Shown in pieces: positions 21,491-29,934 of a DNA stretch of 64,000 nucleotides; positions within the stretch are counted from its first letter, which is position 1; the number at the start of each line of letters is the position of its first letter. This DNA is from an uncultured Candidatus Saccharibacteria bacterium. GTDB lineage: Bacteria > Patescibacteriota > Minisyncoccia > Phycocordibacterales > CAIZLB01. Made by a program: the position numbers and the translations under genes. Below the pieces are notes generated by a model. It searched no databases. It was not told the origin of the DNA and saw nothing but the letters and a program-made list of their open reading frames with translations. The stretch is taken from NCBI GenBank assembly GCA_964520545.1, contig CAZFOD010000003.1:20728-84727 (forward strand), written 5' to 3'.

Positions 21491-23056
21491 ATGCATTCGC
21501 ATCTTCTCGCATTCAATATTGGATTTACTATCTCAATACTTCTTCCTGCTACACTGGGTATCATTGCTTTGTTTAGAGGGTGGAAAAAGCCTGTAAACAT
21601 TGTATATTTTCTTAATAACGTATTTTTCTGTATATTCGCCTTTGCTTATGTAATGGGAGTAAATGAACATAATGCCCTTCTGTCTACAAAGTACATTTAT
21701 TTCACTTTAATAAATTTGTTTACGGTTTGTCTCACTGCACACCTTGCGGTAATTACTTTCGATCAGTGGAAAAAACATAAAAAATATGTTCTTGGTGCCT
21801 ATGCAGTAGCTTTCGTTCTTTTTATTTTCTTTCTCAGTGACATGTCGAGATATGTGATCACATCACGACCGCTTCTTTATTTCCCAAATTTCTATAACCT
21901 GGGTGAATATTACTGGGTTTTCGCAGTATTTTTCTTTTCTGTTGCAGGTTACTTCTTCTATTTCCTCACACATCTTTACCAGACTACTTCTGACACTCAG
22001 ACTAAGATTCGTATTAAATACTTTGCATTGTCATTTGGGTGGGGATACGGCATAGGTTCGTTACCTTTCCTAACCCTTTTTGGAAGCTCTTTTGACCCAA
22101 TGTACGGATCAATTCTTGGTTTATATGTAGTTCCTCTTGGCTATGCAGCTCTTAAATATGACCTCATTGAACTAGGTGTTATTGCAAAGAATGCAACAAT
22201 ATATGCCGTCTCTACTGCATTAGTGGGGCTTCTCATCATTGCTGTTAACGTAAGTAACAACTTTTTTGTTAACTCATACCCTGGATATCCATTTTGGCTC
22301 ATGCCGCTAGTCTCTGGAATCATTGTCGTCGCCGTCTGTTTCTATATCTGGCGGCACATACGTGAAGTTGATATTTTGAAATATGAATTCATAAACAATG
22401 TAAGTCATAAGTTCCGGACACCTTTGACCCATATCCGTTGGCTAGCAGAGGAGCTAAGAACAGAGTCTGATCCGGTAAAGCGAAATGCTGAGGTTGAGCA
22501 GATGCAACATGCCAGCATGCGATTATTTGAACTAACAAATATCGTTATCGACATCGCACGTGATGACAATGACTCATATCAATACCAGTTTAATAATACA
22601 AAGCTTGAGGATATCCTTACCGACATGAAAAGTGGCCACGAGGAACAGATATCTCATAAACAGCAGAATGTCATTCTTGATATTGAACCTGGGTTACCTG
22701 CAATACGGGCAGACAAGACGCGTATGCAGTTCGCTATTCAAATTCTGTTTGAGAATGCCCTCATCTACACCCCAGTAGGTGGAACAATTACGATTACGAT
22801 AAGGAGGGTGGATAATGATGTTGTCGTTACATTCAAGGATACGGGAATTGGTATTGCGCAGGAGGAGATTCCTCACCTGTTTGCCAAATTCTATCGCACC
22901 GCTAATGCGAGACACGCTGATACAGAAGGAATGGGAATTGGTCTCTTTATGACCAAAAATATCATTGAAAAGCACGGAGGAAAGATTGCTGTTGAGTCAG
23001 ACGGAGAGGGAAAGGGATCTACATTCAGTTTCTCGTTGCCTGTAAAGAGCCGTTAG
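21491..23056 (+). CDS. membrane sensor histidine kinase (HisKA_7TM-like N-terminus)
   Basis: Multi-TM N-terminus, SHKFRTPL H-box, ENALIYT, DTGIG, GMGIGL. Confidence 0.92.
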   Translation: MHSHLLAFNIGFTISILLPATLGIIALFRGWKKPVNIVYFLNNVFFCIFAFAYVMGVNEHNALLSTKYIYFTLINLFTVCLTAHLAVITFDQWKKHKKYVLGAYAVAFVLFIFFLSDMSRYVITSRPLLYFPNFYNLGEYYWVFAVFFFSVAGYFFYFLTHLYQTTSDTQTKIRIKYFALSFGWGYGIGSLPFLTLFGSSFDPMYGSILGLYVVPLGYAALKYDLIELGVIAKNATIYAVSTALVGLLIIAVNVSNNFFVNSYPGYPFWLMPLVSGIIVVAVCFYIWRHIREVDILKYEFINNVSHKFRTPLTHIRWLAEELRTESDPVKRNAEVEQMQHASMRLFELTNIVIDIARDDNDSYQYQFNNTKLEDILTDMKSGHEEQISHKQQNVILDIEPGLPAIRADKTRMQFAIQILFENALIYTPVGGTITITIRRVDNDVVVTFKDTGIGIAQEEIPHLFAKFYRTANARHADTEGMGIGLFMTKNIIEKHGGKIAVESDGEGKGSTFSFSLPVKSR

Positions 23057-23095
23057 TCTACAATGTACGAACCTATTAATTAATTTGAAACCAGC

Positions 23096-23329
23096 ATGGC
23101 ACTTTTCCAGAACTTTTTAATGAAACAAATGCTTAAGCGTCAGATGAAAGGCGTTCCCGAAGAAGAGCAAGAAAAGATTTTTGCGATGATAGAGAAAAAC
23201 CCTGATTTCTTTCAGAACATTGCTACAGAGATCCAAGAAAAAATGAAAAATGGTAAGGGTCAGCAAGAAGCATCGATGGAAGTAATGATGGCAAATCAGG
23301 AAAAGATGCGAGAACTTTTGGGGAAGTAA
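23096..23329 (+). CDS. small hypothetical protein
   Basis: 77 aa Met/Gln/Lys-rich helical ORF co-oriented with neighbours. Confidence 0.7.
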   Translation: MALFQNFLMKQMLKRQMKGVPEEEQEKIFAMIEKNPDFFQNIATEIQEKMKNGKGQQEASMEVMMANQEKMRELLGK

Positions 23330-23336
23330 AGACAAT

Positions 23337-24026
23337 ATGAAAACATCGGTATTGATCATTGCGCATAACGAAGAAAGACACATTGAAAAATGCATCAGAT
23401 CACTGCTTAAGCAAACCTCATCACCCGATGAGGTCTTGCTTCTTGCACATAACTGTACTGATGAGACTATCTCAATTGCTAAAAGATTTCCCATTTCAGT
23501 CATTCCATATGACGGACCTCGGGGTATTACACATGCGAGAATAGAAGGACTTAAACATGTTTCTGGGGATATAATTCTCTGCATAGATGGTGATTCTTTC
23601 GCAAAAGAAAATTGGATTGAGGTAATGGTTAAGACACTAAAACAAGGAAATATCCTTGTTGGCTCTTGGGTTAAATATTCAGGAACAATATTGGGCAAAA
23701 TTCTAACACAGAGGCACAAGAATATTTTGAAAGGAAGCACTGCTCGTTCGAGAGTGTGGGGTCCAAGCTTTGCATTCTGGGGGAGCGACAAAGAAAAAAT
23801 CATTCAATACTTTAATGAGGCAATTGAACTACGCAAAAAATTAAATCTTACTCGCGCTATGGATGACTACTATCTTGCGCTCAATATGGAAAAGACCGGA
23901 AAGATTGCTTTCACTAATGAGACATATGTTACTCAGTCTACAAAAGAAAAAACTTCATATAGTGTCCTTACGCGTCACCAAGAGAATTCTCGAAACGTAC
24001 GCTTACTTGATGCAGGTCTCATGTAG
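23337..24026 (+). CDS. family 2 glycosyltransferase
   Basis: SVLIIAHNEE, HNCTDET, CIDGD. Confidence 0.88.
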   Translation: MKTSVLIIAHNEERHIEKCIRSLLKQTSSPDEVLLLAHNCTDETISIAKRFPISVIPYDGPRGITHARIEGLKHVSGDIILCIDGDSFAKENWIEVMVKTLKQGNILVGSWVKYSGTILGKILTQRHKNILKGSTARSRVWGPSFAFWGSDKEKIIQYFNEAIELRKKLNLTRAMDDYYLALNMEKTGKIAFTNETYVTQSTKEKTSYSVLTRHQENSRNVRLLDAGLM

Positions 24027-24137
24027 GTATTGCCTCCGTTTTAATTTCGTGGCATTGTTGTCTTAAATCATCCAATCTGTTGAGACGCGGGGCGTCCCGA
24101 CGGATGCCGCGCTCTTTGACGCAATAGAATCACCCCG

Positions 24138-24284
24138 ATGAACACAAAGAGTCCAAGTATCACGCTCTGGATCACATTCATGTCTTTGTGGTTTGTTGGC
24201 ATGGTCACCTACGTCACGTTGCGCTCCTGTAGGCGCGTTGCGGTGTGGCTCCATATCATCAAACCGGAATCGATCCATCGTTAG
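24138..24284 (+). CDS. 48 aa small membrane protein (not in ORF track)
   Basis: MNTKSPSITLWITFMSLWFVGMVTYVTLRSCRRVAVWLHIIKPESIHR; hairpin plus boxA-like leader, terminator right after the stop. Confidence 0.55.
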   Translation: MNTKSPSITLWITFMSLWFVGMVTYVTLRSCRRVAVWLHIIKPESIHR

Positions 24285-24332
24285 TTTCAAGCAGCCCCTC
24301 CGGGAAGACCGGGCGGGCTGTTTTGTATTTTT
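24284..24332 (+). repeat. direct repeat copy 1 (terminator hairpin)
   Basis: GTTTCAAGCAGCCCCTCCGGGAAGACCGGGCGGGCTGTTTTGTATTTTT; near-identical to 26987-27034. Confidence 0.9.
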
Positions 24333-24367
24333 AAACTCCTCTTTGGAAAAGTATGAAGAAACAAATA

Positions 24368-24399
24368 ATCGCCGATGGAGGAATTCCTCCATCGGCGAT
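24368..24399. terminator. perfect 32 bp palindrome, likely terminator of ORF 24424-25356
   Basis: ATCGCCGATGGAGGAATTCCTCCATCGGCGAT. Confidence 0.7.
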
Positions 24400-24423
24400 G
24401 TTCTATTTTATCGAGTTTGTGAT

Positions 24424-25356
24424 TTACCCGATGACTCCGGCCCGCTGAAGCGTCCGCCGAGTGATGCGGAGATGATCGCGCGGGGCGAATGTATGGAGAA
24501 GTCCATCTCCCAATGCCGGGATCTGAGCTCGAACTTTCGCTCCGAAGGGTTCGGTGACCACTTCACCATCGTAACCGACTTCGTCCAAGGCACTAGCGAC
24601 GTTTATCCAGTCGGTGCGATCGGTCACCCCAGGTTCTCCGAACATGGGTTTAGCCCCCGCCGGGAGGCGCCTATTACCGTGGGCGTGCAGGTACCCCAAG
24701 ATGTCGCCACCCTTTCGGATCTCATGAGCCGGATCGCGTCCGTAGCTCTGCATGTGGAACGTATCCGCATGCCACAGGACTGTGCGGTTGCCTACCGCGT
24801 TACTGATTGCCCGTACATCTTCGACACTGCTTATCGCGCCGATACTTTCGCCGGGGCGCAAGTATTCGAGCACCACCGTCAGACCTTCACCGTTGAGCTC
24901 GGATTTGAGTTCGCGATAGAAATTGGCGGCGAAGTCGGTAATACCGCCCGGGAACTGAGCTCTGTAGTCGAAATCGACGCAGAAGCACGACGGTCCAGCG
25001 ATTTTTGCCACCTTGATTCCGTTCTTTCGCAGCTCAAGGAGGAAATGGATACCGGCGCGGAAAGAATCAAGGGAAAGCCTGTTCCTCCCGTTGTCATAGA
25101 TCGGGTTTCCCATGCACTGGTTTCCGGGGAAGAAGATGGTGCCGATAGCGGTATCGATACCTCCTCGTTTCATCGCCTCGGCAGTTTCGGCCGGGGTGAG
25201 GTTGTTGAGCGGAGCTCCGGCCCCGATGTCGAGGACGGTGCAACCGTTGTTGTATGCGGTCGTTGTGAAGCGGGTCAGCAGATTCTGCTGGCCTGCATTG
25301 AGGATGCCGGGGCCTGCCAGTTGATGGATGCCGAACGGACGGATATATTTACTCAT
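24424..25356 (-). CDS. sugar epimerase, D-psicose/D-tagatose 3-epimerase family (TIM barrel)
   Basis: Metal-ligand motifs LEYLRPGE, DTFHM, HAH..RR.P, VTEPF; AAGGAG SD. Confidence 0.85.
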   Translation of the reverse strand: MSKYIRPFGIHQLAGPGILNAGQQNLLTRFTTTAYNNGCTVLDIGAGAPLNNLTPAETAEAMKRGGIDTAIGTIFFPGNQCMGNPIYDNGRNRLSLDSFRAGIHFLLELRKNGIKVAKIAGPSCFCVDFDYRAQFPGGITDFAANFYRELKSELNGEGLTVVLEYLRPGESIGAISSVEDVRAISNAVGNRTVLWHADTFHMQSYGRDPAHEIRKGGDILGYLHAHGNRRLPAGAKPMFGEPGVTDRTDWINVASALDEVGYDGEVVTEPFGAKVRAQIPALGDGLLHTFAPRDHLRITRRTLQRAGVIG

Positions 25357-25659
25357 GGTTTCTCCTTTTGTGGATTGTTTTTGATGTGATGTGCTTTCCT
25401 TCCTCCGAATTTCTTCAGTGGTAACCCGGGTGAAGTAGACACTTTTTTACAATATTTGTCAAAGAATACAGTACTAGCATCCTTGACTTCCATAACGACT
25501 ATCGTGTAAGTTTCTTCCAGATATAACAGTTCATCGAAAACCTGCTATCTGGATTCTACCCCTCAGACGGGAAATCTTGTCTTGCTTGTGTTGCCGGCTA
25601 TTATGCTTGGCCTCGTAAGATCAATTCGATATGTCCAAAAACCTCAATCCTGAAATCCT

Positions 25660-26859
25660 ATGAAATCCAAACCTGAACAACCCTCAATCGCGTTCTTCGC
25701 GGCTCAACTCAACGCGCTCCTCGTCGGCCCCGGTAATCGGTTTGCCACGTTCGACGACCTGTGCAAGTTCGCCGCGCAAGAGTGCGGCATCACCGGCGTT
25801 AGTATGCCGAGCGGCATGCTCAATGTGCGCCGCATGATCAACGACGATAGTCATCGGGCTGAGGTTGTCGCGCACTATGCCGGCCTCGGAACCCCCATCA
25901 TTGGCATCGAGACTCACATCGTCGGACAGCGTGTCTGCATGCATCCTGCTGTCGTGCCTCGTTTCGTCGGTTTTGCTCCGAAGTGGATGCAACACTGTGG
26001 CGTCGCAGATCTCGAAGCCCAAGCTCGCGATGAAATGCTCGAAGCTATCGAGCTCGGTCGCTTACTCGGGATCCGCCGCCATCAGACGTTCCCCGGCGGG
26101 CGCAGCGTACCCGTTGCCACCGATCCGTGGAATGCACACCCTCCGTTGCTCCGAGAGAAGGCTTTAGCTCTCCTGGCTGTGAAGTGGGAACCCATCCTCA
26201 AGGCTGCGGGTCGGGGAGGAGTTCGCGTCGGTTTTGAGATTCGTCACATCATGGAGGACCTCTTTTCCTGGCGTGATCTCCGGGATTTGCGCAATAAGTA
26301 TCTGCTGGACGTTGTTGCCAGGAACGCTTTCGCCTGGGGCGTGGACGTGTCTCATCATGAGATCGACGGCGACGACCCGACTGAAGACGTGCTCGAATGT
26401 ATCAAACTGGGTCTTGCGGAGCCTGGCCATGCAAAGCAGGGCGACTTCAATTCGAAGAAGCCGGGTGCTTGTCGCCGGCCTGCGAACATGGCCTGGGCTG
26501 ATCGCGCAGGACAATTCCGGACCTTCGGTACAGTGCACCCCGATCATAGTCGGCTCTTCGCGGATGTAGTGCTCAAAGCCCATGAGCGGAGCGCGCACGG
26601 AGAGTTCGCCGTCATTGAAGGCGAGTGCATGGCAATCCGTAATCCCGAGCAAGGCCTGCGTGTGGCTGCGGAAAATCTCCGCTTGGTGTTTGCTGGTAAA
26701 GAGCCCGTTTCTCTCCAGGAAATCACCCTTGAGCCATGGGACGGCCCGGCGTTCGACAAGTTTGCCGATAGCGGCTACACCGCTGAAGCCGTTATGGCGC
26801 TGAGTGGAAATGACGCCAAAGAGGTGAATCGTCGGCTCGAACACGCCGGCGACATCTGA
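25660..26859 (+). CDS. sugar phosphate isomerase/epimerase (AP-endonuclease-2/IolE-like TIM barrel)
   Basis: FEI.H..EDL, DVSH, HAKQGDFN, W.DRAG.FR, IEGEC motifs. Confidence 0.75.
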   Translation: MKSKPEQPSIAFFAAQLNALLVGPGNRFATFDDLCKFAAQECGITGVSMPSGMLNVRRMINDDSHRAEVVAHYAGLGTPIIGIETHIVGQRVCMHPAVVPRFVGFAPKWMQHCGVADLEAQARDEMLEAIELGRLLGIRRHQTFPGGRSVPVATDPWNAHPPLLREKALALLAVKWEPILKAAGRGGVRVGFEIRHIMEDLFSWRDLRDLRNKYLLDVVARNAFAWGVDVSHHEIDGDDPTEDVLECIKLGLAEPGHAKQGDFNSKKPGACRRPANMAWADRAGQFRTFGTVHPDHSRLFADVVLKAHERSAHGEFAVIEGECMAIRNPEQGLRVAAENLRLVFAGKEPVSLQEITLEPWDGPAFDKFADSGYTAEAVMALSGNDAKEVNRRLEHAGDI

Positions 26860-26897
26860 GGCCTGAGAAAGCCAAGAAACCAGAAAGGTTGAAAAGC

Positions 26898-26940
26898 AAT
26901 TTCCCGTTGGATGGCAGTCCATCCAGCGGGGAATTTTTTT
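26898..26940 (+). terminator. intrinsic terminator
   Basis: AATTTCCCGTTGGATGG/CCATCCAGCGGGGAATT plus T run. Confidence 0.8.
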
Positions 26941-26986
26941 ATACTTGTCCATTTTCCTAAAAATGAACACCAAAGGTTCAAAGACT

Positions 26987-27034
26987 GTTTTAAGCAGCCC
27001 TCCGGGAAGACCGGGCGGGCTGTTTTGTATTTTT
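26987..27034 (+). repeat. direct repeat copy 2 (terminator hairpin)
   Basis: GTTTTAAGCAGCCCTCCGGGAAGACCGGGCGGGCTGTTTTGTATTTTT; one substitution and one indel versus copy 1. Confidence 0.9.
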
Positions 27035-27066
27035 CAAAGTGTTAGATTGTGTGTTACTATCGCATG

Positions 27067-28164
27067 ATGAAACTATCTTTAGGTATCGTTGGTCTTCCAA
27101 ACGTGGGTAAATCCACGCTTTTTAATGCACTTACAAAGAAATCTGTACCTGCTGAAAACTATCCATTCTGCACCATCGATCCTTCGGTTGGTGTTGTTGC
27201 TGTTCCTGATGAAAGACTCCATAAACTTGCTGATTTTTCAAAGACACTAAAGACAATCCCTGCCGCCATTGAGTTCGTGGATATTGCAGGTCTTGTAAAA
27301 GGAGCATCAGAAGGTGAAGGACTTGGAAACCAATTCCTGTCACATATTCGTGAAGTAGATGCAATCACTGAAGTTGTTCGTATTTTCGAGGATTCAAATG
27401 TCATTCACGTAGATGGAAAGATTAACCCTGTAAATGATATTGGGGTTATTAATCTCGAATTGGTATTAGCAGATGCGCAGACTGTGACAAAGCGACTTGG
27501 CTCTGTTGAAAAAGACGCAAAGCGAGGAGACAAGCTTGCTGTAAAGGAAAAAGCTGCGCTTGAAAAGATCCGTGTAATTCTTGATGAGGGAAAGCTTGCT
27601 CAGCAGGCAGATCTTACAGATGACGACAAGGAGGCAATTAAAAACCTTCAGCTCCTTACCATGAAGCCAATCATGTATGTGCTCAACAAAAAAGCTGGAG
27701 GAACGAATTTGGATGAATTAAATGATGAGCGATATCAGGAATTGATGAAGTTTTTTGTAGATAACAACTTCAAGTGGACAATCGTAGATGCAGGAGTAGA
27801 GCACGAGCTTAAAGACCTAGAAGGAGATGAGAAAGAAATGTTCCGAAAGGAACTGGGTGCTAAGGATGATGGGATTGATAGTCTCATTCGAGCAGGCTTT
27901 GATCTTCTAAACCTTCAGATGTATTTCACCACTGGAGTACAAGAAACACGTGCATGGACGATTCATAAGGGTTGGAATGCTCCAATGGCAGGAACAGCTA
28001 TTCATAATGACTTTAAAGACAAGTTCATCAGAGCTGAAGTTATAAACTGGAAGACTCTAATTGAAGCAGGTTCATACGCAGCTGCTCGTGAAAAAGGATT
28101 AGTAAAAACGGAAGGGAAGGAATATGTCGTACAGGATGGGGATGTAATGGAGTTTAAGGTTTAA
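27067..28164 (+). CDS. ychF: redox-regulated ATPase YchF
   Basis: GIVGLPNVGKST, NYPFCTI, DIAGLVKGAS.GEGLGN, EGKEYVVQDGD. Confidence 0.97.
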   Translation: MKLSLGIVGLPNVGKSTLFNALTKKSVPAENYPFCTIDPSVGVVAVPDERLHKLADFSKTLKTIPAAIEFVDIAGLVKGASEGEGLGNQFLSHIREVDAITEVVRIFEDSNVIHVDGKINPVNDIGVINLELVLADAQTVTKRLGSVEKDAKRGDKLAVKEKAALEKIRVILDEGKLAQQADLTDDDKEAIKNLQLLTMKPIMYVLNKKAGGTNLDELNDERYQELMKFFVDNNFKWTIVDAGVEHELKDLEGDEKEMFRKELGAKDDGIDSLIRAGFDLLNLQMYFTTGVQETRAWTIHKGWNAPMAGTAIHNDFKDKFIRAEVINWKTLIEAGSYAAAREKGLVKTEGKEYVVQDGDVMEFKV

Positions 28165-28257
28165 ACTATTGACACTACGCTATTTTAATGCTACTGTTTT
28201 GCTCGGTAGCTAATTTCAAATATCAACAACCTACAAATCCAAAAGGAGGATTCTCAC

Positions 28258-28587
28258 ATGCCAGAAATGTTTGCCAAAGGTGACAAAGTTCGCCTGAAGA
28301 AAAAAGATGCCGCTATCGGGCTATCGTCCGATGAGGTTCATACCATCGGTGCAGTTCAGGACCTCTTCCTGCCCAACGACTACTACGTCGACCCATGTTA
28401 CTGGGGCGATCCGAAGTGGAGCTGGGCACGTCGCAAGACTCGCCTTCAGGTCGCAGGTCATCCGCAGATTGTCTTTCTGGACGGCGTCTTGCGCCCAAAG
28501 ATGGACACCCCACCAATGAATGAAGACCCTGAAGGTCAGGGACGGTGCAGCTTCTCTGGAGCATATTTTGAAAAAGTGGCAGCTTAA
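28258..28587 (+). CDS. hypothetical protein (SH3/KOW-like N-terminus)
   Basis: F.KGDKVR start; TTGACA promoter, AGGAGG SD, terminator 28596-28643. Confidence 0.65.
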   Translation: MPEMFAKGDKVRLKKKDAAIGLSSDEVHTIGAVQDLFLPNDYYVDPCYWGDPKWSWARRKTRLQVAGHPQIVFLDGVLRPKMDTPPMNEDPEGQGRCSFSGAYFEKVAA

Positions 28588-28660
28588 GCCGCTATAACCC
28601 ATCGTCTCAACCCAGGAACCCCTGTCGTGAGATGGTGGGTTTTCTGTTTCCATAATAGTG

Positions 28661-28773
28661 AAAACCGGTTCCATTGTCTGGAACCGGTTGAATCTGGGTC
28701 TCTGAGCCGAAGCTCTTGTAGGCGTTTCGTGTACGCCTCGTTATTCGGAAAATATCCTACACCCAGGAACGGA
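28661..28773 (-). ncRNA. candidate four-way-junction ncRNA
   Basis: TTGCCT-17-TATACC promoter on -; closing stem CTGGGT/ACCCAG around three hairpins including C-UUCG-G; 11 bp terminator stem plus U run. Confidence 0.5.
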
Positions 28774-28929
28774 AATCTAGGTATATGGTATCAAATTAAA
28801 ATAGGCAATACCACTTAAAATGACATTTTGACGTGTGAGATGCAAAAGGTCGGTTACTTATATAATGTTGAAAAATAGCTTGTGGAGGTATATCATGGAT
28901 GGTGTTACAAGCTAATTTAAGCCCCTTTT

Positions 28930-29922
28930 ATGGACCCAATGACAAAACCAAAGACTACTGCCAAGGATTTCTTCCTTCACATTGGAGTGATCGCAGCCTT
29001 GTACGTATTTGCGACAAGCTTTCTCAGTTTCTTGTTTGATATTATTAACTTCGCATTTCCAGATCGACAGGCATATTACGCTGACCCATATGCTGGAAGT
29101 TTGCGGATAGCGCTTTCAACACTCATTGTTTCGTTTCCAATTCTCCTTCTTCTCTTGAAAACAATTTACAAGGATCTTTTTGCTAACCAAGCAAAGAGAG
29201 ATCTTACTCTTCGAAAGTGGCTCATATATCTCACTCTCTTCCTAACATCAGTAACAATTGCAATTGATTTGATATATGTAATCAATACCTTCCTTGGCGG
29301 AGAGATTACTACTCGTTTCGTTCTTAAGGCACTCTCAGTGCTTGTTGTAACTGGAGGAATCTTCTGGAGTACCCTTAATGACTTACGTGGCGTGTTCTTC
29401 GAGAAGCCAAAGGTGCGTATCGTTGCAATAACTACTACATCTCTTGTTGTTTTGGCAGCTGTTGTAGGAGGCTTTCTAATCATCGGCTCTCCAAGCTCTC
29501 TTCGAGATCTTAGAGACGATAACCAGCGACTCTCTGACCTTCAGAGTATTCAATATCAGGTTTTGAATAGCTATCAGACTAAGGGAAAGCTTCCTCTTTC
29601 ACTGTCTGAACTTAATGACTCTTTGAGCGGATATATGGTTCCAACTGATCCTGCAACAGATGCGTCATATGAGTACACAAAGGTAGCAACAACCTCAATT
29701 ACTTTTGAGCTTTGCGCTACATTTGAGAAGTCTACACAGGATCTTGAAGGTAAGGGGGAATACCCAGGAAAGGGCGGTGTTGCATATCCAAGCGATGTGT
29801 ATATTGATCCAATCTTTGGTGGTGCGAATTGGAAACATGATGCGGGACACGCATGCTTTGTTCGAACTATCGATCCTTTGAAGTACCCAATATATCCTAA
29901 GACACAGAATCTCGGAGCGTAG
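28930..29922 (+). CDS. DUF5671-domain membrane protein
   Basis: AKDFFL, RKWLIYLTLF, DNQRLSDLQSI, DPAT..YEY, FELCATF pattern of this CPR-common family. Confidence 0.7.
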   Translation: MDPMTKPKTTAKDFFLHIGVIAALYVFATSFLSFLFDIINFAFPDRQAYYADPYAGSLRIALSTLIVSFPILLLLLKTIYKDLFANQAKRDLTLRKWLIYLTLFLTSVTIAIDLIYVINTFLGGEITTRFVLKALSVLVVTGGIFWSTLNDLRGVFFEKPKVRIVAITTTSLVVLAAVVGGFLIIGSPSSLRDLRDDNQRLSDLQSIQYQVLNSYQTKGKLPLSLSELNDSLSGYMVPTDPATDASYEYTKVATTSITFELCATFEKSTQDLEGKGEYPGKGGVAYPSDVYIDPIFGGANWKHDAGHACFVRTIDPLKYPIYPKTQNLGA

Positions 29923-29934
29923 TACGACAGCCTC

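Noticed and set aside
24193-25389. 398 aa plus-strand ORF
   Set aside because: Antisense shadow of the GC-rich epimerase gene, which has the family motifs, SD and promoter
26164-26973. 269 aa minus-strand ORF and similar overlapping ORFs across leuCDB, leuS and dnaK
   Set aside because: Shadow frames of recognisable genes, with no motifs or expression signals
28627-28818. 63 aa ORF over the candidate ncRNA
   Set aside because: Starts inside a terminator stem without SD or promoter; RNA structure explains the region better
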